A stretch of DNA of 64,000 nucleotides, from positions 15,267 through 79,266 of the IMG/VR virus record IMGVR_UViG_3300035703_000054, one strand, 5' to 3'. Under the pieces are notes generated by a model. The model worked only from the letters and a program-made list of their open reading frames with translations. It ran no database searches and was not told the DNA's origin. Positions 47,223 through 57,410 of the stretch are shown in pieces. This DNA is from a virus. Within the stretch, counting starts at the first letter, position 1. Every line of letters begins with the position of its first letter. The translations under genes and the position numbers were made by a program.

Positions 47223-47471
47223 ATGTTAAATCTGGAATGGCTTAATACAGAGCAGGAGTTTTTACACAAACGAGTTTGCGAAGATTTCGCCAAGCTTGAT
47301 CGAGAGCAAATGAAAGTGGTTTTTGAATCTGTGCATAAACAGTATTTAGTTAGGAACAGTTTATTCTCTCGTCTAGTTTCTTGGTGCGCAAGGAATGGGG
47401 TTATTCTTCCTGCTTTTGATGAGTTGCTCTCTCCAAAAGAGGTTGCGCACCCGACCCTCTTAGAAGAATAA
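47223..47471 (+). CDS. nblA: NblA-like phycobilisome degradation protein (copy 2)
   Basis: LNTEQEF...LDREQMK...KQYLVRNSLFSRLV aligns without gaps to the NblA pattern. Confidence 0.65.
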   Translation: MLNLEWLNTEQEFLHKRVCEDFAKLDREQMKVVFESVHKQYLVRNSLFSRLVSWCARNGVILPAFDELLSPKEVAHPTLLEE

Positions 47472-47497
47472 AAAAAAGCGGCCGTGAGACCGCTCTT
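47470..47497 (-). terminator. Intrinsic terminator, possibly bidirectional
   Basis: Minus strand GCGGTC-TCAC-GGCCGC followed by a T run. Confidence 0.7.
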
Positions 47498-47521
47498 TAC
47501 CTTGGCTCAGATAACTCTAGC

Positions 47522-48337
47522 TTAAAAATCGATCCCCAGAGCTTTGGCTTGCTCTGCGGTTAGCTCGATTGGTTTTTTTGCTTTGGCGCTAGGCGGCTCA
47601 TTTTCGACTTTTTCTTCTGCTTCCGCAGATTTCAAAGCCTTCGCTGGCGCCGCGCTAGCAAATGAGCGCTCTGGAGGGGTTCCTCTCTCAGCGGCGAATC
47701 GAGCTTTGATCTCGGTGTGATCCGCCCCCAGGGGTAGTTCCACCAAATCGGAGCCCGGGATATGGGACTTCAATGCGGATGCGCATAGATTCCCTCCCTT
47801 ATCGACAAGCCAGCTGTTGATATCCTCAATCAACTTTGTTTCTTCATCATTTGATGGCGGTCGATCCGAGAATTCGAGAGCGTTGAAGTTGATTTTCGCG
47901 CCGTCAGCACCGGTCATGGGATCGCGCTCATTGAAGCTGCGAGTCACGAATTTCGTCGTGGTAATGACTGATGCGCAGTTAATTCGATTGTTGTAGAGAG
48001 TTTGGAAATAACTAATGAAGTTCTTTTGCGAAGATTTACCCGAAATCATTGAGGTCGTGACGCAACGGGGCGGAAGCAACCTGTGATTTGGGCTCACTCC
48101 GATGTATGCGATGCGCAAGAATTCTTCTTGATTGCGCATACCGAGGTTGCCAAAGTACGGAGTGAATCCGACTAAAACAAACTCGATTGGAATACCGTTG
48201 TCGTTTCGATCGACAATGGCAGAATCCGGGTCGACGTCGGACTTCCAGCGTCGGGCCTGGAGATCAATACGAAGTGTGTGCGGCGGTACGTTACACAGAA
48301 TTTCGTCTTGGGAAAATTGACCAGCGATGAAGACCAT
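47522..48337 (-). CDS. Putative ssDNA-binding/annealing protein
   Basis: In replication cluster next to SSB-like gene; C-terminal A/E/K-rich tail ending in GIDF. Confidence 0.4.
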   Translation of the reverse strand: MVFIAGQFSQDEILCNVPPHTLRIDLQARRWKSDVDPDSAIVDRNDNGIPIEFVLVGFTPYFGNLGMRNQEEFLRIAYIGVSPNHRLLPPRCVTTSMISGKSSQKNFISYFQTLYNNRINCASVITTTKFVTRSFNERDPMTGADGAKINFNALEFSDRPPSNDEETKLIEDINSWLVDKGGNLCASALKSHIPGSDLVELPLGADHTEIKARFAAERGTPPERSFASAAPAKALKSAEAEEKVENEPPSAKAKKPIELTAEQAKALGIDF

Positions 48338-48350
48338 GGTTAGTAGTTAA

Positions 48351-48995
48351 TCAGAGGGAGAAATCGATAGAACCAATAGCAGCAGCAGCCACTTTACCCT
48401 TTTCGGGATCAACAGCTTTTTTTGGCGTTTGCTTAGAGGATTTGGGGAGATAGAGGATCTTATCTACTGTGTAGTTAAGATAATTCCTATCATCCTTTTC
48501 ACTCGTCGAAACCTTGCCTACCGCGATAGTGGGTGTGCCTGGTGCAAGCTCGGCGAGTTGTTTAGACAGCTCACCCCAAGCTGTCATTTTAAACCAAGCG
48601 GTTTCGTTTTCTTCTGTTTGCCACGCAAGTGAACGATTGGTTACGGTTGTGTCTGAGAGCTCGACTTCGTCGGCTTTCGGACCGAGACCCCCCGTGGCCA
48701 TGAAGACGTTAATAGCGAGAAGATCCTCGAAATTATCTTCTGTGACAATCAGCATGGGTTGCATCTTAAGCACACCATCGATTGTCGGTTTAGTAGGACC
48801 CATCGCTAACACGGTTTGTCCTACTTCCAATTTTTTAAGTAATTTCCCGACGTAGTGATTCGATTGTTGCAGGAGTTGGAATTTGGTTTCAACTCTTTTG
48901 TCGTTCGAGGGAAGCGCTTCAGCTAAGACGTTCACAATGCCGTCGTTGTCATCCGCCGTTGCGGTGACTTTCAGGCCCATTAGAAACAAGTTCAT
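48351..48995 (-). CDS. SSB-like OB-fold protein (two lobes)
   Basis: TAWFKMTAWGELSKQLAELAPGTPTIAVGKV; ends in SIDFSL. Confidence 0.6.
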   Translation of the reverse strand: MNLFLMGLKVTATADDNDGIVNVLAEALPSNDKRVETKFQLLQQSNHYVGKLLKKLEVGQTVLAMGPTKPTIDGVLKMQPMLIVTEDNFEDLLAINVFMATGGLGPKADEVELSDTTVTNRSLAWQTEENETAWFKMTAWGELSKQLAELAPGTPTIAVGKVSTSEKDDRNYLNYTVDKILYLPKSSKQTPKKAVDPEKGKVAAAAIGSIDFSL

Positions 48996-49527
48996 TGCTT
49001 AGTTGTCTGTAAATAGTCGATCGGTGGACGTTGAGAGCCGCGGCTATCTGGGGGATCCCGACACCTTGGCTCCGGTAGGCTACTACCAATTTCCTGTCGC
49101 CGCATGAGATTTTCTCGTTTTTGCCTTGGACGTAGGTGAAATGATATGGATTTATACATTTCTTACACAGACATTTAGGTTTTGCTGTGACGCCGTCTTT
49201 GGGGATATCTAAGTATTTCAAGATTATTGTTCTTATGTAGTGCCTGGACCCCAAGACGTATGTACACGGAACGTTGTTCGTAAACGTTCCTTCCCACTCG
49301 CGGCATTCACCGTGGGTGAAATTGTTCTCAGCGAGATCTTTAAATAGTTTTGACAGTAAATCTTCTTCGCAGTTGCTGTAATTAAGGTTGTATTTTTCCG
49401 CCCCTAACGAACGCGAGATATCTCCTGCTTGCGCCTGTGCGTGCCCACTGTCTTGTGCCGTTATTTGTAGATTTAGTTTTTTGGTCTCTTTTATCAGAGA
49501 CAGCACGTATTTATCTTTAATAAGCAT
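48949..49527 (-). CDS. His-Me finger loop protein with C-terminal HTH
   Basis: ECREWEG, KCLCKKCINPYH, GIPQIAAALNVHRSTIYRQL. Confidence 0.6.
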   Translation of the reverse strand: MLIKDKYVLSLIKETKKLNLQITAQDSGHAQAQAGDISRSLGAEKYNLNYSNCEEDLLSKLFKDLAENNFTHGECREWEGTFTNNVPCTYVLGSRHYIRTIILKYLDIPKDGVTAKPKCLCKKCINPYHFTYVQGKNEKISCGDRKLVVAYRSQGVGIPQIAAALNVHRSTIYRQLSNELVSNGPESHRNGG

Positions 49528-49550
49528 GCTGGGCTTTTTTAGGCAGCTTA

Positions 49551-50750
<1,200 letters not shown>

Positions 50751-50762
50751 CGAATTTTCCCG

Positions 50763-51587
50763 TTATTTTTTACCGCGACCGCCGCTCTTTGCCGCTGACT
50801 TTGTCGAAGCCCGTGATACAACTTGGCGAGCTGCTCCAGTTATTGCTTTAGCGGTGGTTTTTGCCCGTGTGGGGGATTGTTGTTTAGCAGGTTGCGTTCG
50901 ATTCAATAAATTCTTCGCACCGCTTGAAATTTTTGCACCCGCTGCTTTCGCTTGCGAGGCCGCTTTAGAAATTTGTGTATTTGTGAATCCTCTATTTTGC
51001 ATATTTCTGATGTCTTGAGCCCCTAAACCTGCACCACCTGCCCTACTCAGATCGTAGATTTTTCCTCCAACCTTAACTTTAGTTCCAGTTGGTTTCTTAG
51101 TTGTTCCTACAGCTTCTGCTGTTGCCGTTTGTTGGCCCGTTGGTGTGCTTCCCTCTGTGTTTTGAGCAGTCGGTTGAGGCATGTATTGCTTGATCAGGCT
51201 CTCGAAATCAGGCATCATCGACTGCCAATCCGGAGCCTCGAATTGAGGCATCTCGAATTCGGGCATTTTGAATTCTGGAGTTTCCGTTTGGGTTCCTGCG
51301 GTCTTTAGCGAAGACATCAGTTCGTCGATGCCCAGAGCCGAGCGTAATTTAGCGATATCCATTGCAGGAGCTGCCGCTGCGGCAGGGGATGCCACTGCGG
51401 GTTGCCCCGTGGCAATTGCCGGAACGGCGCTCGCTCCCTCCACTCGTTCTTCTTCTGTCCCGGCACCTAATCGACCGCCTCTGGAGCTTTTAAGAGCTAT
51501 TTTTAGTGCTTCGGTGACCGTCGCCAGGGTATCCGAAGGATTAGCACCCGAGCCTTCGATAGCTTGGCCCGCAAATCGACGGCGCAT
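50763..51587 (-). CDS. Paralogue of 49551..50750 with basic tail
   Basis: Shared KLR.ALGI..(I/L)M and V.VGGK...L..AGG.G...QDI......G.T..Q..KAASQ blocks. Confidence 0.7.
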   Translation of the reverse strand: MRRRFAGQAIEGSGANPSDTLATVTEALKIALKSSRGGRLGAGTEEERVEGASAVPAIATGQPAVASPAAAAAPAMDIAKLRSALGIDELMSSLKTAGTQTETPEFKMPEFEMPQFEAPDWQSMMPDFESLIKQYMPQPTAQNTEGSTPTGQQTATAEAVGTTKKPTGTKVKVGGKIYDLSRAGGAGLGAQDIRNMQNRGFTNTQISKAASQAKAAGAKISSGAKNLLNRTQPAKQQSPTRAKTTAKAITGAARQVVSRASTKSAAKSGGRGKK

Positions 51588-51629
51588 TTTAGGCTTACTT
51601 CGTATGTTTAAATATTAACTCGGATCGAG

Positions 51630-52118
51630 TCAATCTGTTCTAGTAAAACACCTTCTTAGATTGTGCCCTTTTTTTACAACCATATCTAATGTCTTAACGT
51701 AATCGGAAGCACTTTCGTATGTCGTAAAGGCTTTCGCGTTTTCCATAGTGTCTGTGTATTCTACTACTTTTTTATTTTGCATGACATTAGCCACATAACC
51801 ACCTTTCGGTGCGCAGATCAACCAAGTCTCACGAAACCGTAGGTGCGTCAGCTTGGCCACTTCAGCCTCAGTGTATAAGACACATTTTGGCTGAAGTTTA
51901 CTCTTGATATTAGGTTTCTTTGTCTTTTTTAGATTTACTTGAATTTTGTGCTGGCGCTTGAGAGCCCTGGCTTTGTTACTCGCGACTAAAGGCGATTCAA
52001 AAGCTTCGTCGATTAGAAAAATGTCCTCCTCCCCTGTAATGAAAGCGAAGTACTGGTCTCCGGATCTGATGGTGAAAATCTCTTTCTCCGGACCACGTGG
52101 GATTTTTACTAAGTCCAT
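51630..52118 (-). CDS. Hypothetical protein
   Basis: ORF downstream of DNA polymerase. Confidence 0.55.
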   Translation of the reverse strand: MDLVKIPRGPEKEIFTIRSGDQYFAFITGEEDIFLIDEAFESPLVASNKARALKRQHKIQVNLKKTKKPNIKSKLQPKCVLYTEAEVAKLTHLRFRETWLICAPKGGYVANVMQNKKVVEYTDTMENAKAFTTYESASDYVKTLDMVVKKGHNLRRCFTRTD

Positions 52119-52142
52119 TTGAGGTAGTGTTCTGCGGAAACT

Positions 52143-54041
52143 TTACTTCGCTGACCAGTCATCGCCTATGCCGGGTTCTGCCACCAATCTGGTTTTATGG
52201 AATACAGAGGCGCCAGCGTTAACCATGATTTCTGCAAGCTTATCTTTCCAGTAATCTTCTAGCCCTTCTTTTACTTCTAACACGCATTCGTCGTGCACGA
52301 CTGCGATTAGACGAACGTCATCATTCAGGTATTCGTTTAGTTCGCCTAGAGCTACTTTTAGGATATCTGCACCTGTGCCTTGGATTAGCGTATTGGCCGC
52401 GATGGTCATGCGAGCATCGTCATACGACAGCAGCCTGCGCCGACCTAAAGCGGTCCTGGTGTAACACCAACCATCTTGAACAAGAGCACCGCGCTGGCGA
52501 TGCCATTCCCTTAGACGCGGGTACGCACTGTGGAACTTACTGTGCAGTATCTTGCTCTCAGAAAGGCTTAGTTGCACACCAAAGGATGCGGCTGCGTACG
52601 TCTTGAACTTTCTGAACCCAATTCCGTAGATAAACCCAAAGTTAGCTCCCTTTGCCATCTGCCTCTGTTGTTTTGTTACTTCAGATATATCACAGTCATT
52701 TACTAAACTCGCCGTCAGTGTGTGCAGATCTATATCGGTGTTGTACGCCTCCTGCATTTGTGGGATGTCAGCCAACTCCGCAAGCAAACGGAGTTCCATT
52801 TGCGAGTAATCCGCAATGATCAACTTGTATCCAGGAGAGGCTACAAACGATTCTCGGAACGATTTTGATCGCGGGACTTGCTGCAGGTTCACCGCGAATG
52901 TCGTTTTTACTTTAGTTTTTGCGGTTTTGGCCGCCCCGGCGCACGTAAACCTCCCGCTGTTGGCACCTACTTGATTGTAGAAACTGTGGATTCTGTGGGT
53001 TACTGGATTGATATTCTGAATCAGCTTTTGAACGTGCTCCAGACTTGTTTCGATTTTCACTCGCTCTCGATACAGCTGAAGCACAGGGTCTTTGCTGTCG
53101 AACTCCGCAAGTGAAATCTGGTTGAGTGTGCTTTTACCTGTGTCTTCGTTTTGAGGGAGCGCAATACCGCACAAGTCGAAGGCAGCCGCGACCTGGGCTG
53201 TTGAACCTGGATTGAACTCCTTGTTTGCTTTCTTACCCACTGCTACTGAGTCGTCAGCCAATCGTGGGAGCTTGTTTTCAGCAGGCAGCTTCGCATCTAA
53301 TGCTTCCACGAATTCGGTTGTTTTTTCGTTCAACTGTGTTTCAAGATCTAACTTTAGTTTTTGCAGACGCTCTATGTTTACATTAAATCCCGTGTAACTC
53401 ATTTTGGCCACGGGGCGGATACACCTCGATTCGATGCTGTAAATACCGATTAAAGATTCTTCGTTTAGTTCTTTAAGTTGTTCTGCTGCAATTTTCGGCA
53501 GCACATCGACGTCTGTGGCTGCGTACTCGACTTGATCTAGGGTCAGATCTTCCGCTCCCCAGTCTGTCTTACGTTGTTCTTTATCTAGTTCAATCTCCAG
53601 TCGACGCTCCGCTACTGCTTTGAGCGAACAAGACACATCGGCGAAATATGGTTTGTTGGATTTGGGTGAGTACTTTTTCTCCTGGAAGCCAGCCCTCAGA
53701 ACCCTCTCAGCCACGTAGGTGTCGAAAATTTTATTTTTGTAATCGATACCGAGCGAATAGAAAAACTGAAGATCAAATCCCAGGTTGTGTCCTAGGAGTA
53801 GTTCACGACTCTCTATTAAAGTCTTTAACTCAGCCAAAACAGATGTTTTAAAAATATCAAATACATGGATTGTCCGATCCTCGACAATCGGCGACGCGTC
53901 ACAGAGCTGAACCAGCCGGCATTTTGCCACCGTGGCCTGGAGACCCGTTGTTTCCGTGTCAGCGCAGAGCTTGCTGAAGTTGTTCAACTCTTGTATCGCC
54001 TTTAGTGCTTCTGCGTTTTCGGTGATGTAATTGATTTTCAT
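52143..54041 (-). CDS. polA: Family A DNA polymerase with 3'-5' exonuclease domain
   Basis: ExoI ADTETTG, ExoII GHNLGFD, ExoIII YAATDV; motif A ADYSQMELRLLA, B RQMAKGANFGFIYG, C VHDECV. Confidence 0.95.
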   Translation of the reverse strand: MKINYITENAEALKAIQELNNFSKLCADTETTGLQATVAKCRLVQLCDASPIVEDRTIHVFDIFKTSVLAELKTLIESRELLLGHNLGFDLQFFYSLGIDYKNKIFDTYVAERVLRAGFQEKKYSPKSNKPYFADVSCSLKAVAERRLEIELDKEQRKTDWGAEDLTLDQVEYAATDVDVLPKIAAEQLKELNEESLIGIYSIESRCIRPVAKMSYTGFNVNIERLQKLKLDLETQLNEKTTEFVEALDAKLPAENKLPRLADDSVAVGKKANKEFNPGSTAQVAAAFDLCGIALPQNEDTGKSTLNQISLAEFDSKDPVLQLYRERVKIETSLEHVQKLIQNINPVTHRIHSFYNQVGANSGRFTCAGAAKTAKTKVKTTFAVNLQQVPRSKSFRESFVASPGYKLIIADYSQMELRLLAELADIPQMQEAYNTDIDLHTLTASLVNDCDISEVTKQQRQMAKGANFGFIYGIGFRKFKTYAAASFGVQLSLSESKILHSKFHSAYPRLREWHRQRGALVQDGWCYTRTALGRRRLLSYDDARMTIAANTLIQGTGADILKVALGELNEYLNDDVRLIAVVHDECVLEVKEGLEDYWKDKLAEIMVNAGASVFHKTRLVAEPGIGDDWSAK

Positions 54042-54045
54042 GAGA

Positions 54046-54077
54046 AGAAAAGAAAAAACCCCAGCAGGCTGGGGTTT
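54046..54077 (-). terminator. Intrinsic terminator-like hairpin
   Basis: AAACCCCAGC/GCTGGGGTTT inverted repeat with an A-rich run on the plus strand. Confidence 0.6.
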
Positions 54078-54107
54078 GATGATAGGTCTTTTTTTGTCCT
54101 TTGACCG

Positions 54108-54950
54108 TCAGACGTGACGACTCGCAAAAACCCGGTCAATGTAGTCGTCGATGTCGCCCCAGGAGTTGAGTAACTCACATCCCTTTGAGGTGGCTCGGAC
54201 CTTGTAGTACACGCGCTGCATGTGCTCTGCCTTTGCGTGCGCGTCATCCTTGAAGCTGCCGACCGAGATTCCTTTTTCCTGGTCGACCAACCCGTGGTTC
54301 CGGCACCAGATGAGCCCCTCGCGAAGCCCGATATACACCGGAGACACGTGGAAGGTGTTTTTCCGGTTGACGTCGCTCGCGTTGTCTACGGGTTCCCAAG
54401 CCCCGATGTTCGGGTTCCGCTCGAATCCTCGGAAAGCAACGCAGGTTTCCCGCACGCTCGTGTTGCGCCACAGAGTATTTACATAATCTGTAGCTGCTTC
54501 TCGCAGTGTTACCCAGTCGCTCGCGCAACTACGCAGCAACAAGGCAGCTCCTGCAGACCAATAGCAGCTGTGGGAGTTAAGCTTTTCAATCAGCTCGTCA
54601 GCGGTGGCACTCTCTTTAAAGATCTTTTTATGCGCGCCATTCCTTGTCACGGGCGTCGAGCGCTTATTGCTGAAGTTAGTTTTGCCCTCAGCGAAATTTT
54701 GAATGGAGATCTTCCAAGCCAGCGAGGCAAGTTCTGGATTCTGTTCCTTGACTGACAGTTCAAAGAGTCGATTGCTGTCGAGCTTCTTCAGATCAAAGAC
54801 CTTAGTCAGTTCAATTTCAATGGGACCCTGACCGTATTCCCCCGTGGCAGCTAGGAGAGCAGCCGCCTCGGCTTGTTTGATCGGGGTGTTCCCCAGCAAG
54901 AATTGGAAAGGCATGTTCATGTGAGTGGAACAGTGCAAGAGTAGAGACAC
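54108..54950 (-). CDS. Hypothetical protein
   Basis: 280-aa ORF. Confidence 0.6.
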   Translation of the reverse strand: MSLLLHCSTHMNMPFQFLLGNTPIKQAEAAALLAATGEYGQGPIEIELTKVFDLKKLDSNRLFELSVKEQNPELASLAWKISIQNFAEGKTNFSNKRSTPVTRNGAHKKIFKESATADELIEKLNSHSCYWSAGAALLLRSCASDWVTLREAATDYVNTLWRNTSVRETCVAFRGFERNPNIGAWEPVDNASDVNRKNTFHVSPVYIGLREGLIWCRNHGLVDQEKGISVGSFKDDAHAKAEHMQRVYYKVRATSKGCELLNSWGDIDDYIDRVFASRHV

Positions 54951-54983
54951 GCTCGCCAGTATACAAGCCCTTTAGGATTTTTT

Positions 54984-55391
54984 TCAGATTTCTGCGCCGG
55001 AGCCTTCTAGCCTCGTTATCCAGACACATATATCGTCGGTAATTCGTTCTGCCATTTGTATAACGTCTATATAGCTTATGTCGATGGACAGTAAAAAATC
55101 GTCTGTTATCGGCACACCGAACTCCTCCATGACATAGGTAGCTAAAGGCATGCAAACGTCAACACACTCGCCGTCTGCACCATTCTTATAAATACAGAAC
55201 ATTTTCTTAGAGTCTATGAAATCTATATGAGCCTCCTGATACCTTACGGATTGATGCAGTGAACTCGTTTTGTTAGCTGACATACATTCGAACAATCTAT
55301 CCCGCACCCAAGAACATAGCTCTATGTCTGTCATACCATTGGACTTATATTCGTTGTATACCGATCGGATTATGCAGGCTATTTCTTTCAT
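54984..55391 (-). CDS. Hypothetical protein (AT-richer)
   Basis: ATGA coupling. Confidence 0.5.
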   Translation of the reverse strand: MKEIACIIRSVYNEYKSNGMTDIELCSWVRDRLFECMSANKTSSLHQSVRYQEAHIDFIDSKKMFCIYKNGADGECVDVCMPLATYVMEEFGVPITDDFLLSIDISYIDVIQMAERITDDICVWITRLEGSGAEI

Positions 55392-55612
55392 ACAGACTTA
55401 ATCCTGCTCCACCGTGCTTGTCCGTGAACATGTCCGACACATACCCACATTTCATTGTTGGTAGTGTCATACCATAGGTGACCCACCCTAGGTCTAGGGG
55501 GTTGAGGCGCCGTGGAAATTAGTTCACCCTGCTCTAATTCGTACTCAGTTTTCTTAGCACCACAATACTCATCTTTTACTCTAGAGATTTCGTCAGCTGG
55601 GTTGTTTTCCAT
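55388..55612 (-). CDS. Small hypothetical protein with GHLWYDT motif
   Basis: P.P.VGHLWYDTTNNEMWVCV. Confidence 0.5.
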   Translation of the reverse strand: MENNPADEISRVKDEYCGAKKTEYELEQGELISTAPQPPRPRVGHLWYDTTNNEMWVCVGHVHGQARWSRIKSV

Positions 55613-55621
55613 GGCGTAAAC

Positions 55622-57172
55622 CTAGCGGAGACACTTCTGAATTGCATCCACAGCTTTCTCCGTGTTGTAAACGTTCACGGAGTACACATCATCGCTGAAC
55701 TCTCGACATACGTTGGGTATGTCCGTGTTTATACAGACGGTTGACCATTGAGTGCCTGTTGCTGTTTTAAATGCGTTTATCCTTCTCTTTAGGTTTTCAT
55801 TTACCTCTGAGTGACCGTCTGTGATCATCAGAATGTCCGCACGGGGATCCCGACAACCTTTATCGACCGCGTGGCTTAAGACGGCGTTGAAGCTTGTTCC
55901 TCCTCCCAGAATCCAGGTCCCTACAAAATCCAGCATTGTCGGCAGGTTGTTGCTCTTGGGACAAAGCTCCACTGTGTGCTCGACACGCGTATCGAACAAG
56001 TTAATTAAAACCTTTCTGTTTTCTTTCAACGCTTCTTCGGCTACCACAAACGCAATTGCTTTACTCCAGAGTTCCGGCTCCCCGCTCATAGAGCCCGACA
56101 CGTCTATATACATCACTACCGGACCTTTACCTAAATTCTTTTGTTGAGCTGTATAGTCTTTCGTAAGTATAGTTTTCTGGGAGAACTTGAGGGCAAATAA
56201 TGCGCGGCCCTGGGCGGTTCCCGCTAGTGCAAGCTCCGCCGGGAAGGCCCGCGTGACATCGTTGCTAAACGTAGCTCCCGTGATCGCTTCATAGGTCGCT
56301 GAAGAGCTTTTAGCTCTCTTCCTTTGAATCCATACGCGGCGGAGCGCCCCGAGTTTTTTCGTCAACGCACGAAGTTGTTTGCTGTTCTTTAATCTGTTAG
56401 CTAGCTCTTTCTTCTCTTTTAAATCATTTGTTTTCTTGCCTGAGCCGGGCTGGACCCCGTGGAGAACAGATAAAGCTTCTTCCGTGTCATCGCTTTCCTT
56501 AATCACTTGGTCGATGATCTGGCTTGTTTGCGGTTGGATTCGTTCGGCAGCCTGCTGTATGGCTTCGTTTATTGCTTGGTTTAAAGCTTTACCTGCTCGC
56601 CTTGCTTCGTTTGCTTTCTGTGTATCCCCTTCCTTCTGCGCTTTTTGAAATTGTTCCCGAAGTTCTTGCAGCTTTTGTCCAGCTGAGGTCAGAAGCTCCA
56701 CGTTGAACTGCTGCTCTTCTATTGCTTTTTGGATAACCTCAGCCAGCTTGTTAAGGATATTGACCGAGTTGTTTCCAGCGTTGAACTGGTTGCCTACGCA
56801 GCGCGTCAGTAGTTCTGCCCAGCCAGCAGCTTGCGACAAGTCAGCCATGACCGCATACCAGATCCCATTCTCTGGTTTGTACCCTTCCGGAATTGCTGCG
56901 CTGTCGCCGTCGCAAACCTTGCGAAAGTACTGTTCGTAAGCATCCTCACTGACAAGCCACTTAACGTTGTCGCCGTTGTACAGCCTGTCAAAGATTTCTT
57001 TGCCGAGGCGAGACAGCTGCTTGATGTTGTGGTGATCGATGAGGTAAGTGACAACAGGTCGACTTTCTCGGATGAAGTCGTCCCAGAGAAAATCTGCTAG
57101 CGCAGAACAGGCGAGTGTCAGCGGTTCATTGTTAACAAGACGAATGAATTCTGATTGAGTGTCGAGGTTCAT
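55622..57172 (-). CDS. VWA-domain protein (ViaA/CoxE-like)
   Basis: MIDAS YIDVSGSMSG, GGGTSF, ILMITDG; likely start MNLDTQSEF at 57172. Confidence 0.85.
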   Translation of the reverse strand: MNLDTQSEFIRLVNNEPLTLACSALADFLWDDFIRESRPVVTYLIDHHNIKQLSRLGKEIFDRLYNGDNVKWLVSEDAYEQYFRKVCDGDSAAIPEGYKPENGIWYAVMADLSQAAGWAELLTRCVGNQFNAGNNSVNILNKLAEVIQKAIEEQQFNVELLTSAGQKLQELREQFQKAQKEGDTQKANEARRAGKALNQAINEAIQQAAERIQPQTSQIIDQVIKESDDTEEALSVLHGVQPGSGKKTNDLKEKKELANRLKNSKQLRALTKKLGALRRVWIQRKRAKSSSATYEAITGATFSNDVTRAFPAELALAGTAQGRALFALKFSQKTILTKDYTAQQKNLGKGPVVMYIDVSGSMSGEPELWSKAIAFVVAEEALKENRKVLINLFDTRVEHTVELCPKSNNLPTMLDFVGTWILGGGTSFNAVLSHAVDKGCRDPRADILMITDGHSEVNENLKRRINAFKTATGTQWSTVCINTDIPNVCREFSDDVYSVNVYNTEKAVDAIQKCLR

Positions 57173-57191
57173 TTGATGTTTTGCTGAAGGT

Positions 57192-57410
57192 TTACTTCTG
57201 TTCGACGACTGTGCTGCCTTCGGAGATTTCCTCTTTGAGAGCTTCTCCGTAACCCCACGCCGCTGCCGTGGCCGCCAATCTGTGGATCGGATCTTCGCAG
57301 TCCGGATGCCTGGAGTCCTGCAGGATCGAAACCCACCAGGACTCCACAAGCTCAACCGAAAGTTTGCTCTGTAATTCTTTACTTGCTGATGTCACTGATG
57401 GCTCGCGCAA
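57192..57410 (-). CDS. Small hypothetical protein (start uncertain)
   Basis: Fills the gap between AAA and VWA genes. Confidence 0.4.
   Translation of the reverse strand: MREPSVTSASKELQSKLSVELVESWWVSILQDSRHPDCEDPIHRLAATAAAWGYGEALKEEISEGSTVVEQK

Noticed and set aside
54220-54755. Several overlapping ORFs in both orientations
   Set aside because: GC-rich shadows of 54108..54950
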